Part shown: positions 1-11,527 of the stretch, in pieces
Layout of the letters: every line of letters starts with the position of its first letter
Position numbering within the stretch: the stretch's first letter is position 1
Assembly: GCF_021869535.1 (NCBI RefSeq)
Contig: NW_026262712.1
Span: 53,072,001-53,136,000 of the forward strand
From: Mytilus californianus
Lineage: Eukaryota
Direction of reading: 5' to 3'
DNA length: 64,000 nt
Notes under the pieces: generated by a model
The model's database searches: none
Told to the model about the DNA's origin: nothing
What the model saw: the letters and a program-made list of their open reading frames with translations, nothing else
Program-made: the position numbers and the translations under genes

Positions 1-1359
1 GATCTTTTATGGGTTTAAGTTATGTTCTGTATAATAATTTAAAAACATTTTGAAAGTAAAACAGTCAATATCTTATGATATTTCGACAATTTATTTATGT
101 TTGTCGCCACTTTACACCTGCGTAACACGTCAAGTAAGTATTGTATTATATTTTAAATTGATTTTTGAAATAGAATATTAAGGGTGCCTTGTGCGTAAAT
201 CCGTTCATGCGTTCTTGTAATGTTGCTTTTATAATACAGTATATCTGGATATTTCAACAGGATTACATTCATATATACCATTGATAAACATCCAAATGGC
301 TTTCAAAGTAATGCATCTGTGCAAATTTAATGCGATAGATTTTGGTTTGAAAATTAAAACAAAAAATGTACGGAAAGTGGTTGATTATTTAAAAGTCCAT
401 TCGTAATAATAAATTTTAATTCATCCAAGTCATGTTATACCATTCCAAAAGGCCTCTATATTTAATTCATTCTTCTATCCTATCACACTTTTTACATACA
501 CCTTACCGGTGTTTTTTCCATGTTTTATGCAGAAAATATAAAATAGAAATTTCACTGATAAAATTTGGATCATGTAGTATACCTAGGTCCATTTGAAAAA
601 AAAATCTAAATGAGATTACCTCAGGCTGTAAAACTGAATCAAAGGGGTAAAATGGTTACATAAATTTTGCCATATTTTTTGTTACAGCTGATGAATATTT
701 CTATATTTTCTCGATATTTCCCCCCAAAAGTAGGACACCAATCTGAAAATGTCTCATCGAGAAATGCATATGTAGCTAATTTTACAAAATATAAAAATAA
801 AACACGGATTGCCAAAAGTATTTGATAACTAACCACCAACATCCAACTCCTCCTAAAAAATAGAGGCACACACCGAACCAATTTGCCTTTATTGTATACA
901 GATATAAACAACATGTATTAGTAAGTCTTGTCGCCAGCCTACTTGTAGATCCTGCACGTCATTTGTTGTTGACCGTCAGTTATCGTCATTAGTATTACCC
1001 CTGCCAAAATATTTAATAGACAGGACATTGATGAGCGATGGATAGGAAAACGCAACGTTCTAACTCAATCAGAACGGGGTATGAAAACAAGTAGTCGAGA
1101 ATAATTTAATTCAATATAAATACAACTCCGAAAATATTCGTATGGAACAAATATAAAAATAGAAGATGTGGAATAATTGCCAATGAGACAAGGCAACTCT
1201 CTACCAGAGACCAAATGACATAATTATATGTTAACGACTTCAGGTCACCGAAGTTGCACATTTAATTTTTTGTTTGTTTGTGTGTGTAGAAAATGATTGT
1301 GCTATATTTGTATTGTTAAATACTTGTAACTGTTCATTTTTATTTGACAGACTGATATA

Positions 1360-1625
1360 ATGCCGGTCCCAACTCAGTATCCTCTAGCCTTTGTCAGTAT
1401 ATTGTACTTTTTAAAATTTTGGTTCATTTGAATGTTTAGGAGTTTTGTGTGGCGTCCATTTCGCTGAACAGCATACATTGTTGTTTATATGAGGGTCCAG
1501 CTGAAGACCGCCTCCGGATGCTAGATTTTTTTCGCTGTTGAAGACCCATTGGTGGCCTGGGGCTGTTTTCGGCTCTTTGGTCGGGTTGTTGTCTCTTTGA
1601 CACATTCCCCCTTTCCATTCTCTAT
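1360..1625 (+). mobile_element. Non-autonomous bivalve interspersed repeat (family ending ...gacacattccccatttccattctc); other copies ~46970-47275, ~26975-27090 (-), ~60085-60165
   Basis: The same block (cctctagcctttgtcagt ... gaagacccattggtggcc ... gtcgggttgttgtctctttgacacattcccc) recurs several times in the window. Class not assignable from sequence alone. Confidence 0.75.
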
Positions 1626-2528
1626 TATAAATATGACATCATAAAGCAGCCACTGCTACATATTTTGTTGAAAATAGTAACATACATGACATTGTATATT
1701 TTGGTTAACTTCCGAATGGCTTTTAAAGCCAATTTATAATGCATGTTATAAAATCAGTTTCTACTTTATACTGTATCACGGTACCCCTGTTTGTTGTAAA
1801 AATAAGACATCGTTATGATTAGAATACGTGAATATATGCTTAGTACTAATGTATACGCCGAATATATTCGTATTGGTCGAATATAAAAATGAAGATGTGG
1901 AATGTTTACCAATGAGACAATTCTCCACCAGAGACCAAATGACATAAAAGGTAACAATTATAGGTCGCCGACGTTACACATATAGTTGGGGTTTTTTTTT
2001 TTTTGTGTGTGTAGAAAATGAAATTTGTGCTATCTTTGTGTAACTGTTCATTTTTTTCTTAACGGACTGCATAGAATGAACCTAGCATATACTTATTTCA
2101 ATCAATTTTACGCAATATTCTCATGATTTTGTGATACTTTATTGTTGTGGGCAAAGTTGGTTTCATGGAATGATCATTTGATATCCTGCAGGGGTAGAAG
2201 GAGGATGTTTCGTAAATGAATATTCTGGCTTGGTTAGAACTAAAAAAATGACTTTGCATAAAACAGGATGAAAATAAATATAATGCCCAAGAATATGCAG
2301 GCTATAAATGTGTACAAAAGCTGAAAATGGTTATAATATCCTCTTAGACCCCAACGAATATCAAATTGTCATCCCATTGTAATTTCTGAAAAGAATTTTA
2401 CTGATATTGATATTTAGAAAACAACAATGAGGGAAACGATTTATACAGCTTAATTTTAACATTGTGTGTATATTAATATTAGTAAAAATAAAATTTGGAA
2501 GAGATCGCAGAAAAAAAATAGACGGCTG

Positions 2529-2988
2529 CAGGCATGGGGCAAATTACATTGCAATGTAATGTATTATATTACAATTACTTTGACAAAACCCTGCATTAAA
2601 TTACAATTACAATTACATGCATTTATTAAAGTTATGCATTAAATTACAATTACTTTTGCAAAGTAATGTATTGAATTACACATTACATTTGTAAATTTTA
2701 TTATCAAGTGAAAAGAAAATTCAAACATTTTAAAAAAGCAACATTAAATCACAAAAGATTCTAGCATATGCAGTAACTGTTCCGTGTATTGAATTTAAAT
2801 ATACATGTAAAAAGTCTATTCAATACGACTATTACATTTTAACATCATAAGGGTTTCGAGGTTTCATCCTTCATGCGCATTCTATGTTTCAAGGTATACA
2901 TCTCTGTGTTTTCTCTAAAAAGAAATTACAGAGATGAAGTTTACTACTAATTATAACTTAATGTTTACTTTACTTTTATAAATATACA

Positions 2989-3020
<32 letters not shown>

Positions 3021-3705
3021 CAATCAAAATATTTACTGAGAATTTCTTTCCTAATTATATAATAAACATAGAGCTTAATTTATGACCAAGGGTCAAAATG
3101 GTGAAAAGATTGATTGTAAACCAAACTAATTAGAATTTTTGACAATGTTCAATTATCTGTTATTTCATCACGACAAGGTATTAATTGATCTTTTGACAAC
3201 AATGGAAGACTTTTACAGTAAATATCAATCTTTTTATGCAGGAAAATGTATGAAATAAAATGAAATAAAAAAAGAACTCAATCTGATATACAGTGTTGTG
3301 GTAATCATTTATAATTTTAATTTGGTCATTCTAGTATTTATACCAATTTTTTTCAAGTTCTACCTTGGGCACGGCTTAATCTCCAAATTCCCTCTAGTGA
3401 TTTATGTAAAGTGTGAAAAATAAATAGAAAATAGAAAATCAATATTCAAATGAGTATGTTCTTAGTTAATCAAGAAATCTTAAATTCTGCTTCAGTTAAA
3501 TCTCCAACGATCTGTTAAAGATATATAGTTTATGAAAAAAGTAATGCCATGTAATGCAATGTAATGCATGAAATTACACAACTTTTTGCTGAAATAATTG
3601 ATTAAATTACAATAACATGTAATGCAAAAGTTACATGCAATTACCTTGAAAAATGTAATTCATTACCATGCATTACAATTACAAATTTGTATTACCTCAT
3701 GCCTG
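2529..3705. mobile_element. Non-autonomous hAT-like DNA transposon
   Basis: TIRs caggcatggggcaa / tattacctcatgcctg with subterminal (attac/gtaat) repeats. 8-bp TSD gacggctg (2521-2528) / gacagctg (3706-3713). Absent at the paralogous site near 48040. Confidence 0.85.
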
Positions 3706-3732
3706 GACAGCTGTTATCAGTGCAAGCACTAT

Positions 3733-3892
3733 ATGCAAAAGAAATGTATATTAACGGGAAAATGGTTTGTTTTCTTTGTTCTATTTGCAACTGGAGCAGT
3801 ATCTATTAAGATCAATATAATAGAGTGGCTGGAATCTAAACTTAATAAAAGCACTTCGATGTTGCAGGAAGTACTAGCAATTCTTCGAAAAG
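3733..3892 (+). pseudogene. Orphan first exon (signal peptide plus short amphipathic/coiled-coil segment) of a secreted lectin gene
   Basis: MQKKCILTGKWFVFFVLFATGAVSIKINIIEWLESKLNKSTSMLQEVLAILRK-G, then a phase-1 donor GTAATT at 3893. Its paralog at 48082-48226 precedes an F-type lectin exon; no such exon follows here. Confidence 0.7.
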
Positions 3893-4524
3893 GTAATTCT
3901 GTTTTTTGGGGCCAATCCTTGCGAATATCAAATTTTGTACGGCTACATGTATTATGGAAAAGATGGAGAAGCCAATTGAAAGAAATCGATTGTTTTTATT
4001 GAAAATAAGTAAAAATAATAATTATAAATTAAGAAACTTGATTAAAGATATCCTATTCCTATATGGTATTTAGGAAAAAAAATGTTTTATTAAAGTTGAA
4101 AAAATTATTTGAGATGAAAACCTAGACACTAGACACACATGTATATAAACAAGTCTAAATTGAAAACAACGTTCAAACCTATGATTGCGTTGGATAAAAA
4201 CCGCAATTTTTATACGTGTGCATGCAAAACAGATTTCTTGTTAGAGGGGTCTAAATACAACACAAACAACATTTTCCAAAAGACCAAAAAAGTGAAAAAG
4301 TATATTTTAACAAAACGCAGGTCAAACAACAAATGTATAAATATATATAAATATATATTTACCAGCGTATTGATTATTGATAATGTGTATAGCGATTAAG
4401 ATTATTATTTCAGTTTGACTACCACATGTCAAGATAAAATTCATTTTACATCTTACTGATGAAAGATATTAGTTTTCCGAAATATCTAACATTTGTTCAT
4501 GATTTTATTATTTTTTGGTGATGT

Positions 4525-6024
4525 TGTACCCTTTTAGACTTGTTATATATATAATTATATATATATGTAGGACTCTAAAGTGCGATGGTACTATAAAGTG
4601 CGATGGTCACTCTAAAGTGCGGTGGTCACGCTAAAGTGCGATGTTATACGCTAAAGTGCGATGGTGTCAAACGCTTAAGTGCGATGGTATTACACGCTAA
4701 ATGCGATAGTATAACACGCTAAATTGCGATAGTATAGCACCCTAAAGTGCGTTGTTGTGACCGGAATGGGGTTTAGGCAATGGTTTCGTTTGTTGCTGTG
4801 TTCCTATTTGTGAAGTTTTTCATTTATTATCATGTTTATTAATCAAGCCGTTGTCTTTTTCTTTTGATTTGTTTTACACAGGTCAATGTTTGGCCTTATA
4901 TAACTTGCTATGCGGCGTGGACCAAGGCTCCACGTTGAAGGCCGTACACTTATTAGTTGCATATATTAATGACATTTGTTCTTGGGTGGTCATTTGTCTT
5001 ATTTTTTTATTTAAAGTACGATAGTTGTGAAAAAAGTGTAATGGTTACATTGTAGTAGCTAGTATATACTTCATGAACCTGTCTCAAGCCAGGAACCTGT
5101 AATTCAGTGGAAGTCGTTTGTTGCTGTATTTCATATTTGTTTTCCGTTTATTGTTTTGTATATAAATCAGGTTTTACACTGGTCGTTTTGTGGCCCTTTG
5201 GTCTTTATAGAATACTATGCGCTGTTAGCCAATGCTCCGCGTTAAAGGCATGCGGTAACCTATAGTTGCTTACAATAATGACATCTGATCTAGGATGGTG
5301 AGTTGTCTCATTACCTCTGGTCGTTAGGTTACTGTCTAGTTGACGTATATCCATATCTTTAACAGAAATGAAGAACCATATTGTAAAAAAATAATTTATA
5401 GTCGAAGAATGATTTCATAAGAAAGTGCAAAGTAGACTTTATTTCACGCAAATTCATAACATGGAATTACAAACATAGAAGGAGCTGCTAAACTAAATTT
5501 GGACGAATTAAATTCCTCAACGTCCAAGTGAGCCACCTTCAGAATCTCTTTTTCCGCTTTAGTTAAAATACATTTTGCAAACTTAACATAAATAGTAGAA
5601 ATACTAAAATTATTTCAGTATGAATGATCAAATGGTCATGAGTTTGATCGTCCTGTATATGCATGTGATATTTGCCACTGTACGTTCAACAAGCAAACAT
5701 TAGTTTACATTACTTTAATTTATTAATTTATTTTACCGAACTACTGGAAAATATGATTTTCAAAGTGTTTCATAGACAGCGTCACTTTTATATTAATCTG
5801 CTTTATCATTTTTGTTGATTTCCATTGTTTTCGGGAAAACGCACTTTTGCGTATTGAGGCATCGGACGTTAGCGTGTTCCATTAAATAGCACAGACCATC
5901 GCACTTTAGCGTATCAAACCATCGCACTTTAGCGTAGACAATCGCACTGTAGCGTGCCCATCGCGTTTTAGTGTGCCCATCGCACTTTAGAGTCCTACAT
6001 ATATAACAAGTCTAAAAGGGTACA
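4525..6024. mobile_element. Foldback/MITE-like element with long TIRs containing tandem (taaagtgcgatgg) subrepeats
   Basis: Left arm tgtacccttttagacttgttatata...taggactctaaagtgcgatgg with ~10 subrepeats (to ~4760). Right arm is the reverse complement (~5895-6024, ...ccatcgcactttagagtcctacatatataacaagtctaaaagggtaca). Confidence 0.8.
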
Positions 6025-6204
6025 TAGGTTTGAACGTTGTTTTCAATTTAGATTTGTTTATATTTTTTTCGTTTTGGGCTTTTATTATATTTGCCTTCGG
6101 GTTTATCTGATCCCTTCATCCTATTTCGACTTTTTATAATGCAAGAGTCTATCCTAAATTGAGGTAAATTATATAGCCTTCCAAATACCGTTTCGATCCC
6201 CCTA

Positions 6205-6248
6205 ACATCACTGAAGAGACATTAATTGTTGAAATCCGGTTATGGTGT
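6205..6248 (+). ncRNA. Minimal type I hammerhead ribozyme motif (near-intact core)
   Basis: ACATCA-CTGAAGA-GAC-attaatt-GTT-GAAA-T-CCGG-T-TA-TGGTGT. Stem I ACATCA/TGGTGT, core CUGAAGA and GAAA intact, stem II GAC/GTT, palindromic CCGG stem III loop, one U-U mismatch next to a UUA triplet. Confidence 0.75.
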
Positions 6249-7093
6249 ACACATTTTTGCACCTCATGATTGCGGTATATCATCTTTTCCGCAAGTTTAT
6301 TGTTTTCTGTTTGGTATTAAATTAATATGTAAGATCCATTTTTTACATCTGGTGATCAATTTATTTGACAATCGAAAATGGCAGTCAACATTGTTAAAGA
6401 ACATCAGTTGTTCGACCTGTTAGTCAAATGCGTTTTGTTGAAATATACTTTTTCACTTTTTGGTTTTTTGGAAAATTTTGTTTGTGCTGTATTTAGACCT
6501 CTCTACCAAGAAATTTGTTTTACATGCACACGTATAAAAATTGCGGTTTTTATCCAACGCACTTATAGGTTTGAACGTTGTTTTCAATTTAGACTTGTTT
6601 ATAAATATATATATATATATATAAATAACTGTACAAAGTCAGGAGCTGTACTTCTATGGATGTTGTTGGTTTGCTACCTGTCGTATTCGTTATCGATTAT
6701 TGTTTTATCATAAATGAGGCCGTTGGTTTTCTAGTACGAAATGCTATACATTTTATCTTGTCCGGGACTTGTTCCGCTTTCTTTGAGGAATGGTATTGCT
6801 CATTGTTTAAATACTTTTAGATGTATATACATCCATGACTTTCAAATGTCTGTGTTGGAGCGTTTCTAATAACGGTGCTTTCATAAAAGCGTTTCCGACG
6901 CACGACATTTATCAAGTGTGTTTTTTTTTTTGTTTTGTTTTGTTTTTTTTTTTTTTTTTATTCAAGGCCATGCGATCAAATATATTTGCTTACATACACA
7001 TTCACGCCATTATGTCTCTTTTTGGTGGTTGTCTCGTTGGCAATCTTCCCACATCGTTTTATTATATACTAGCTAGTATTTTGTTATTTTTAG

Positions 7094-8081
7094 GCAACGA
7101 GAATTTGCACTTTATCACAAGGAAACTAGGAAATGAGGAAAGAGTTTGCAATTGGAGATGAAAGTTCGAAGTTCAAACTAACCGCAAATGGATACCATGG
7201 CACGGCAGGTATATACTTTATGTTTATGGTATTTTCAAAAAATGTAGATATAAAAAGTTTTTTTAAAAGGTTTTGCCAAATACAGCTAAGGTAATCTATT
7301 CCTGGGGTAGAAAATTCTTAGTTCTTCCAAAACTTTAAAGTTGTATAGACAATTAATTTATAACTATGAATATATAAACGATAATGCCTGTCAACACAGA
7401 AGTGCTGTTTACTGGGCTGATGATACCCGTGATACCCTTGGGGAGAAACCTTCACCAGCAAAACCGACAGACAATCATTGCGATGAAACAAATTTTGAAT
7501 GAAATATATGACATTTATTGTACATCTATTATAATGTTCTTCTTTTAAAAAAATGAGAGAAATGATCGGAGCCGTATTCAAAACGATTTTTAGAAAACGC
7601 CTGCGCTATTCTTTGCTGTCAATTGATTTCTTTTCTATATATCTTGTTACCGTTATTTCCAGAACATCTACATTCTATGCTGGCTCCCAAATATACCTAC
7701 GTTTTGGGGACAAGAAACCTAAAAGTTCAGGAAATGATTGTTTTCTTTGGATAAAAGAATAACTTATCTCATTTTTTGTTGGGATATTAATATGGTTCAA
7801 TTTTTGATGGAGTATTTATATTTTCAGGTAACAGTATGGAACATCACAACGGCCATGGTTTCGCAACAAAGATTAGCGATAACGATAACTACAATGGTTA
7901 TTGTGCTATGGGGTATCCCGGTGCCTGGTGGTTCAATAAATGTGTAACATCTGATCTGAATGGCCAGTATTTTCTGAAGACACCGGACGCGCAACATCGA
8001 GGCGGCTACTGGCGTGCTTGAAAAGAAGCAAACTATTCTTTGAAAGGATTATTGATGATGATCCGTAGAGTGTCAATTTAG
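7094..8081 (+). pseudogene. Fibrinogen-related domain (FReD) pseudogene, last two exons (7094-7208 and 7828-8081)
   Basis: Exon 1 reads GNENLHFIT / GN*EMR / KEFAIGDESSKFKLTANGYHGTAG with a frameshift, a TAG at a Tyr position and an internal deletion. Exon 2 reads GNSMEHHNGHGFATKISDNDNYNGYCAMGYPGAWWFNKCVTSDLNGQY...YWRA*KEANYSLKGLLMMIRR with TGA (8019-8021) at the conserved Trp. Canonical AG/GT phase-1 boundaries. Confidence 0.92.
7255..7470 (-). mobile_element. Fragment of a retrozyme-like repeat (opposite strand to the 40330-40830 copy); second fragment ~53190-53335
   Basis: gccaaatacagctaaggtaatctattcctgg ... acacagaagtgctg(a/t)ttactgg is shared with 53190-53335 and is the reverse complement of sequence following the hammerhead at 40525-40600. 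Confidence 0.6.
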
Positions 8082-8199
8082 GATTTGCACATAATTAAAA
8101 TTTCAATTAAGTTATTAGTATTTTATTTAGCAGTATTTTGTATTTGTCCCGCTTTGTATCAATATCAGAAAAGAGTAGCGACTCGATCGGACTAAGACT

Positions 8200-8560
8200 T
8201 GAAATTAATATATTCTTAGATCCTCTTCAGTTTTATCTTATAAATACAGTAAGAAAGTGTTTTAACTAATGACTGTCAGTCCTCTAGGATATCATCAGCA
8301 CAGAAGTCAGTGGCATGAAAATACGGATAGTGTTTTTGTTTTAAATTTGCTGTTATAAAATGTCGAAATTATCTTAAATCAAATAATGTATTTCCCTCAT
8401 GCATACCACGGAATCCTTGTCCGGGTTCGGTTTTACCTTTGATCCTTTTAAGTCTCATCAGCACTTGTATTAGGTTTTGGACTTTTGGATATTTTGGCCT
8501 GAAGCATCGGTGAAGATAGATTATTTGTCGTAATGTGCATCTGGTGCAAAAAAATATGTA
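8200..8560 (+). mobile_element. Degenerate retrozyme-like monomer with decayed type I hammerhead (8504-8547)
   Basis: GCATCG-GTGAAGA-TAG-attattt-GTC-GTAA-T-GTGC-A-TC-TGGTGC has the same layout as 6205 and 40460 but both core elements are mutated. Upstream sequence resembles 40400-40455 and 40560-40720. Confidence 0.65.
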
Positions 8561-9880
8561 CCGTTAATGGAATTAATGACTGTTAGGGCGCGGAAGAAAT
8601 CAAGACAACTGACCAGACGAGCATAAATGTTTTCAGCCGTTTTTCTAAAATATATCAAGTATACAATTTAGTGTATTTTATGTTTCGAAAATCCATACTT
8701 TATGATCTTAAATTTTTTTCCGGTTAGATATGAAGGGAGTGAACCGATGTCAATTGAAATCCTCAATGAAAATTATAAATACGTTTTAAAGACTACGCCA
8801 ATGCACTGAGACTTACAAAATTTACATAAGCCTTGTATTCCGTTTGTAAATGCATCGGTCCAGTTTACATCGGACTGAAATTTAGTTCGTGAGAGAATCG
8901 ACACAGCTAACACACCAATAACCCCTAGAACAAATGTGATTCATCCTATAATATCCCATCCAAGTCACAATTTGTAAAGGTAAATCATTACAGGTCAAAG
9001 TACGGCCTTCAACACGGAGCCTTGGCTCACACCGAACAGCAAGCTATAAAGGACCCCAAAAATGACTAGTGTCAATTTCAGCAGTATATTCAACTTCAGA
9101 TAGTATTGCCCAAAACAAAACGATGGTCGTTGAAGGACACAAGGTGAAGGACAATATATATCATATCTTGAAATAAAATAGGTCCTCGGGATGATTTCCC
9201 GTGTTGTCTTCAAGATAGAAAAAAAGAAAATAGGGTATGATTATAGTTACCTTTATCATAAGGTTTTCCCTATTCAATGTATAGACATAAGACAGCTACA
9301 ATATCCTGTTGGATCTAATAGTGCATACGATCTGTACAATTACACAGCTTTGTTTTGTGTTTATTATTGACAGTGTGGTAGGAGACAGGTCGATACCTTT
9401 ATCATTTTCCCCGATGAAATGCAATAGATCAAGATTTCAGAAGAAATGTCAAAATGTTGGAAAAGACAATTTTAACTCAGAAAATTTTGCGGTAGTATTA
9501 TTTATAAAGCTGTCAAATTTATGAATTGTACTGTAAATCGGTCATTTTGTCTTGATGACCCATTGAAAAGAGTTGTAATTCCGCTTTTGTTTTTTTTTTT
9601 TATTATTGCGCTTGAAAATTATTTATGAAGAACTTCAACTTACTCATTTTAACAGAACTAAATGGTTCCGTATGTTTTTTTCTTGTGATTTAATGTGATT
9701 TGGGGCATTTAACAAGATCGTGTACCATTTATATCGTTGCTGTATGAAATCTACTGTGAAGTACAACTACCAATTGAGTATTGGACGGCATTATTTTATA
9801 AACCCAATTCATCATATAAAGATAATGTCCTTTCACTGAATAATGAATAATACGTTTTTTGACTTTGTTGATCGTATCTA

Positions 9881-10045
9881 CTGTAAAAGCAGACATTTTC
9901 GTGGATGATTGAATTTCGTTTATTTCGTGGAAAGAATATATCCACGAAATTAAAACCCCCACGAAAATTTAACCTACATATAATATCACTTCCAATTAAT
10001 CAAAACCACGAAATTTTAACCCCACGAAAATTAATGTTTCTACAG
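9881..10045. mobile_element. Tc1/pogo-type MITE
   Basis: TA|ctgtaaa ... tttctacag|TA with subterminal ttcgtgg / ccacgaaa repeats. Confidence 0.7.
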
Positions 10046-10054
10046 TATATCAAT

Positions 10055-10340
10055 ATATTTGAAATAAAGGATACCACACGCAGAGTTAAGTATGCTTCAT
10101 ATCTTGACTTCCATCTAGAAATTACCGACGACCGTTCGGTGAAAAAAACAAAACATTACGACAAAAGAGATTATTACATTTTTTCCATAGCAAACTTTCC
10201 ATTTCTTTGTAGTAAAATGTAGCTACACCTGCATATAGGGTATACATCTCCGAGTTTATACGATATTCCAGGACGTGCGTTTCCAACCATAGTTACCTTG
10301 AAAAGGTGTTGCTGCTTGGAGGGAAACTGTTGGAACTGTT
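10055..10340 (+). mobile_element. Penelope-like retroelement reverse transcriptase remnant
   Basis: FEIKDTT...ASYLDFHLEI...YDKRDYYIFSIANFPFLCS, then after a frameshift AYRVYISEFIRYSRTC. This matches the PLE RT C-terminal pattern (FLD, NFPFL.SNIP, AYGVYISQLIRY.RAC). Confidence 0.8.
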
Positions 10341-10957
10341 GATCCCGTTAACAAGTTTTTAAGGACATCCTCATAACTTGGTTTATTGTTATAATTTTTA
10401 AATAGCCACAGTATCCGATGTCTATGAATCTTATAACGTCTGCCTTTGTCTATTAAAAGAATGTGTTCACTCATTTTAAACTTTATTATTGATATTCTAA
10501 AATCAAATCTATTTTGATTAAGGTAACCTTTTATGGTTCAGATAATTTGTATGGCTTAATATGAATAAATTGTATCATAATTAAAGTCAATTATTCTTTC
10601 TCTATTAATGTTTTAAGATCTTCCTTACAGCATGATTTAGTTAGCATTTTTAATTTATTTCTATTCCTAACACCTACATGTGAATCGTAATTTGTGATCT
10701 TGATTTTTTTTCTAATTCAGATAAATTATCAGTAAGATGTTAATTCCTTCTAAATGTGTTTTTTTTTCACGAAGTTTATAGGCTTCTTTTACATTCTTGT
10801 AATAAAGTGTTAATGTTTTGTGTTTCTAAGCGTAACTTATATAGCAAAGTTTCACATTCTTCCGCATAAAGTCTACTTTGCTCTGTACGTGCACATAAGG
10901 TTGGGGGATGACTTGCTTACCCCTAGAACATGTTTACATGATTATAATTAGATAAAA

Positions 10958-11128
10958 TATAATAATGGAACCACAACATATAATTAAATGCACACATCAT
11001 ATAATTATAGACCAACAGCATATAATTATAGAACCACAGCATATAATAACAGAACAATAACATACAATAATAGAACAACGACATATAGTTCAATACCTAC
11101 AACATATGATAATAGAACGACAGAATAC
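10958..11128 (+). repeat. 21-bp-unit minisatellite that reads as Y-N-x-R-T-T-x heptads
   Basis: Units YNNGTTT, YN*MHTS, YNYRPTA, YNYRTTA, YNNRTIT, YNNRTTT, YSSIPTT, YDNRTTE. Confidence 0.8.
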
Positions 11129-11527
11129 ATCAGTATATATTCATACCATTTTATCAAATTTCCCAAACAAGACAGTTATTGCGTTGCATACAAATGATCA
11201 TGTTTCGATTGACCGACGATATTTAAAACGCAAAGTGTCGTCCCTCATCTGGGAAAATTACTATCTAGAAATAAAGTTTTAGTCTATATGTTGACTGTTT
11301 CATAGAGCACTCCCAGCAGATCAACATGTCCTTCTGTGGACTGTTACATTTTGCACGTCAATAAATAGACTTGTCGTGCAAGAAAGGTACACAGTAGGGT
11401 ATCTTCATACAACAATAACATTTATCGTCCTTCATATACAGTTTATATAAGCAGCTTGACGTTAAGCAGTAGACATCAATCAATCATAAAGTATATCCTT
11501 ATATGTAATAAAAGGTTTTATATGCTA

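Larger units (their letters stand above)
1..4122 (+). repeat. Segmental duplication, copy A (paralog of ~45420-48470)
   Basis: Colinear similarity from tatgttctgtataataatt (pos ~21 vs ~45434) to attatttgagatga (pos ~4105 vs ~48451). Repeat remnants and the signal-peptide exon sit at matching positions in both copies. Confidence 0.92.

Noticed and set aside
2215-2236. ttc tgg ctt g|gttag as the missing FReD FWLG exon end
   Set aside because: No upstream FReD motifs in frame, the paralogous region lacks it, and it lies 5' of the signal exon.
4570-4760. CRISPR-like array (also considered 58090-58240 and 62280-62398)
   Set aside because: Short degenerate repeats without unique spacers or cas genes, in eukaryotic DNA; these are transposon subterminal repeats.
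8019-8021. Selenocysteine or readthrough at the FReD TGA
   Set aside because: The position is a conserved Trp, no SECIS is evident, and the upstream exon has independent lesions.
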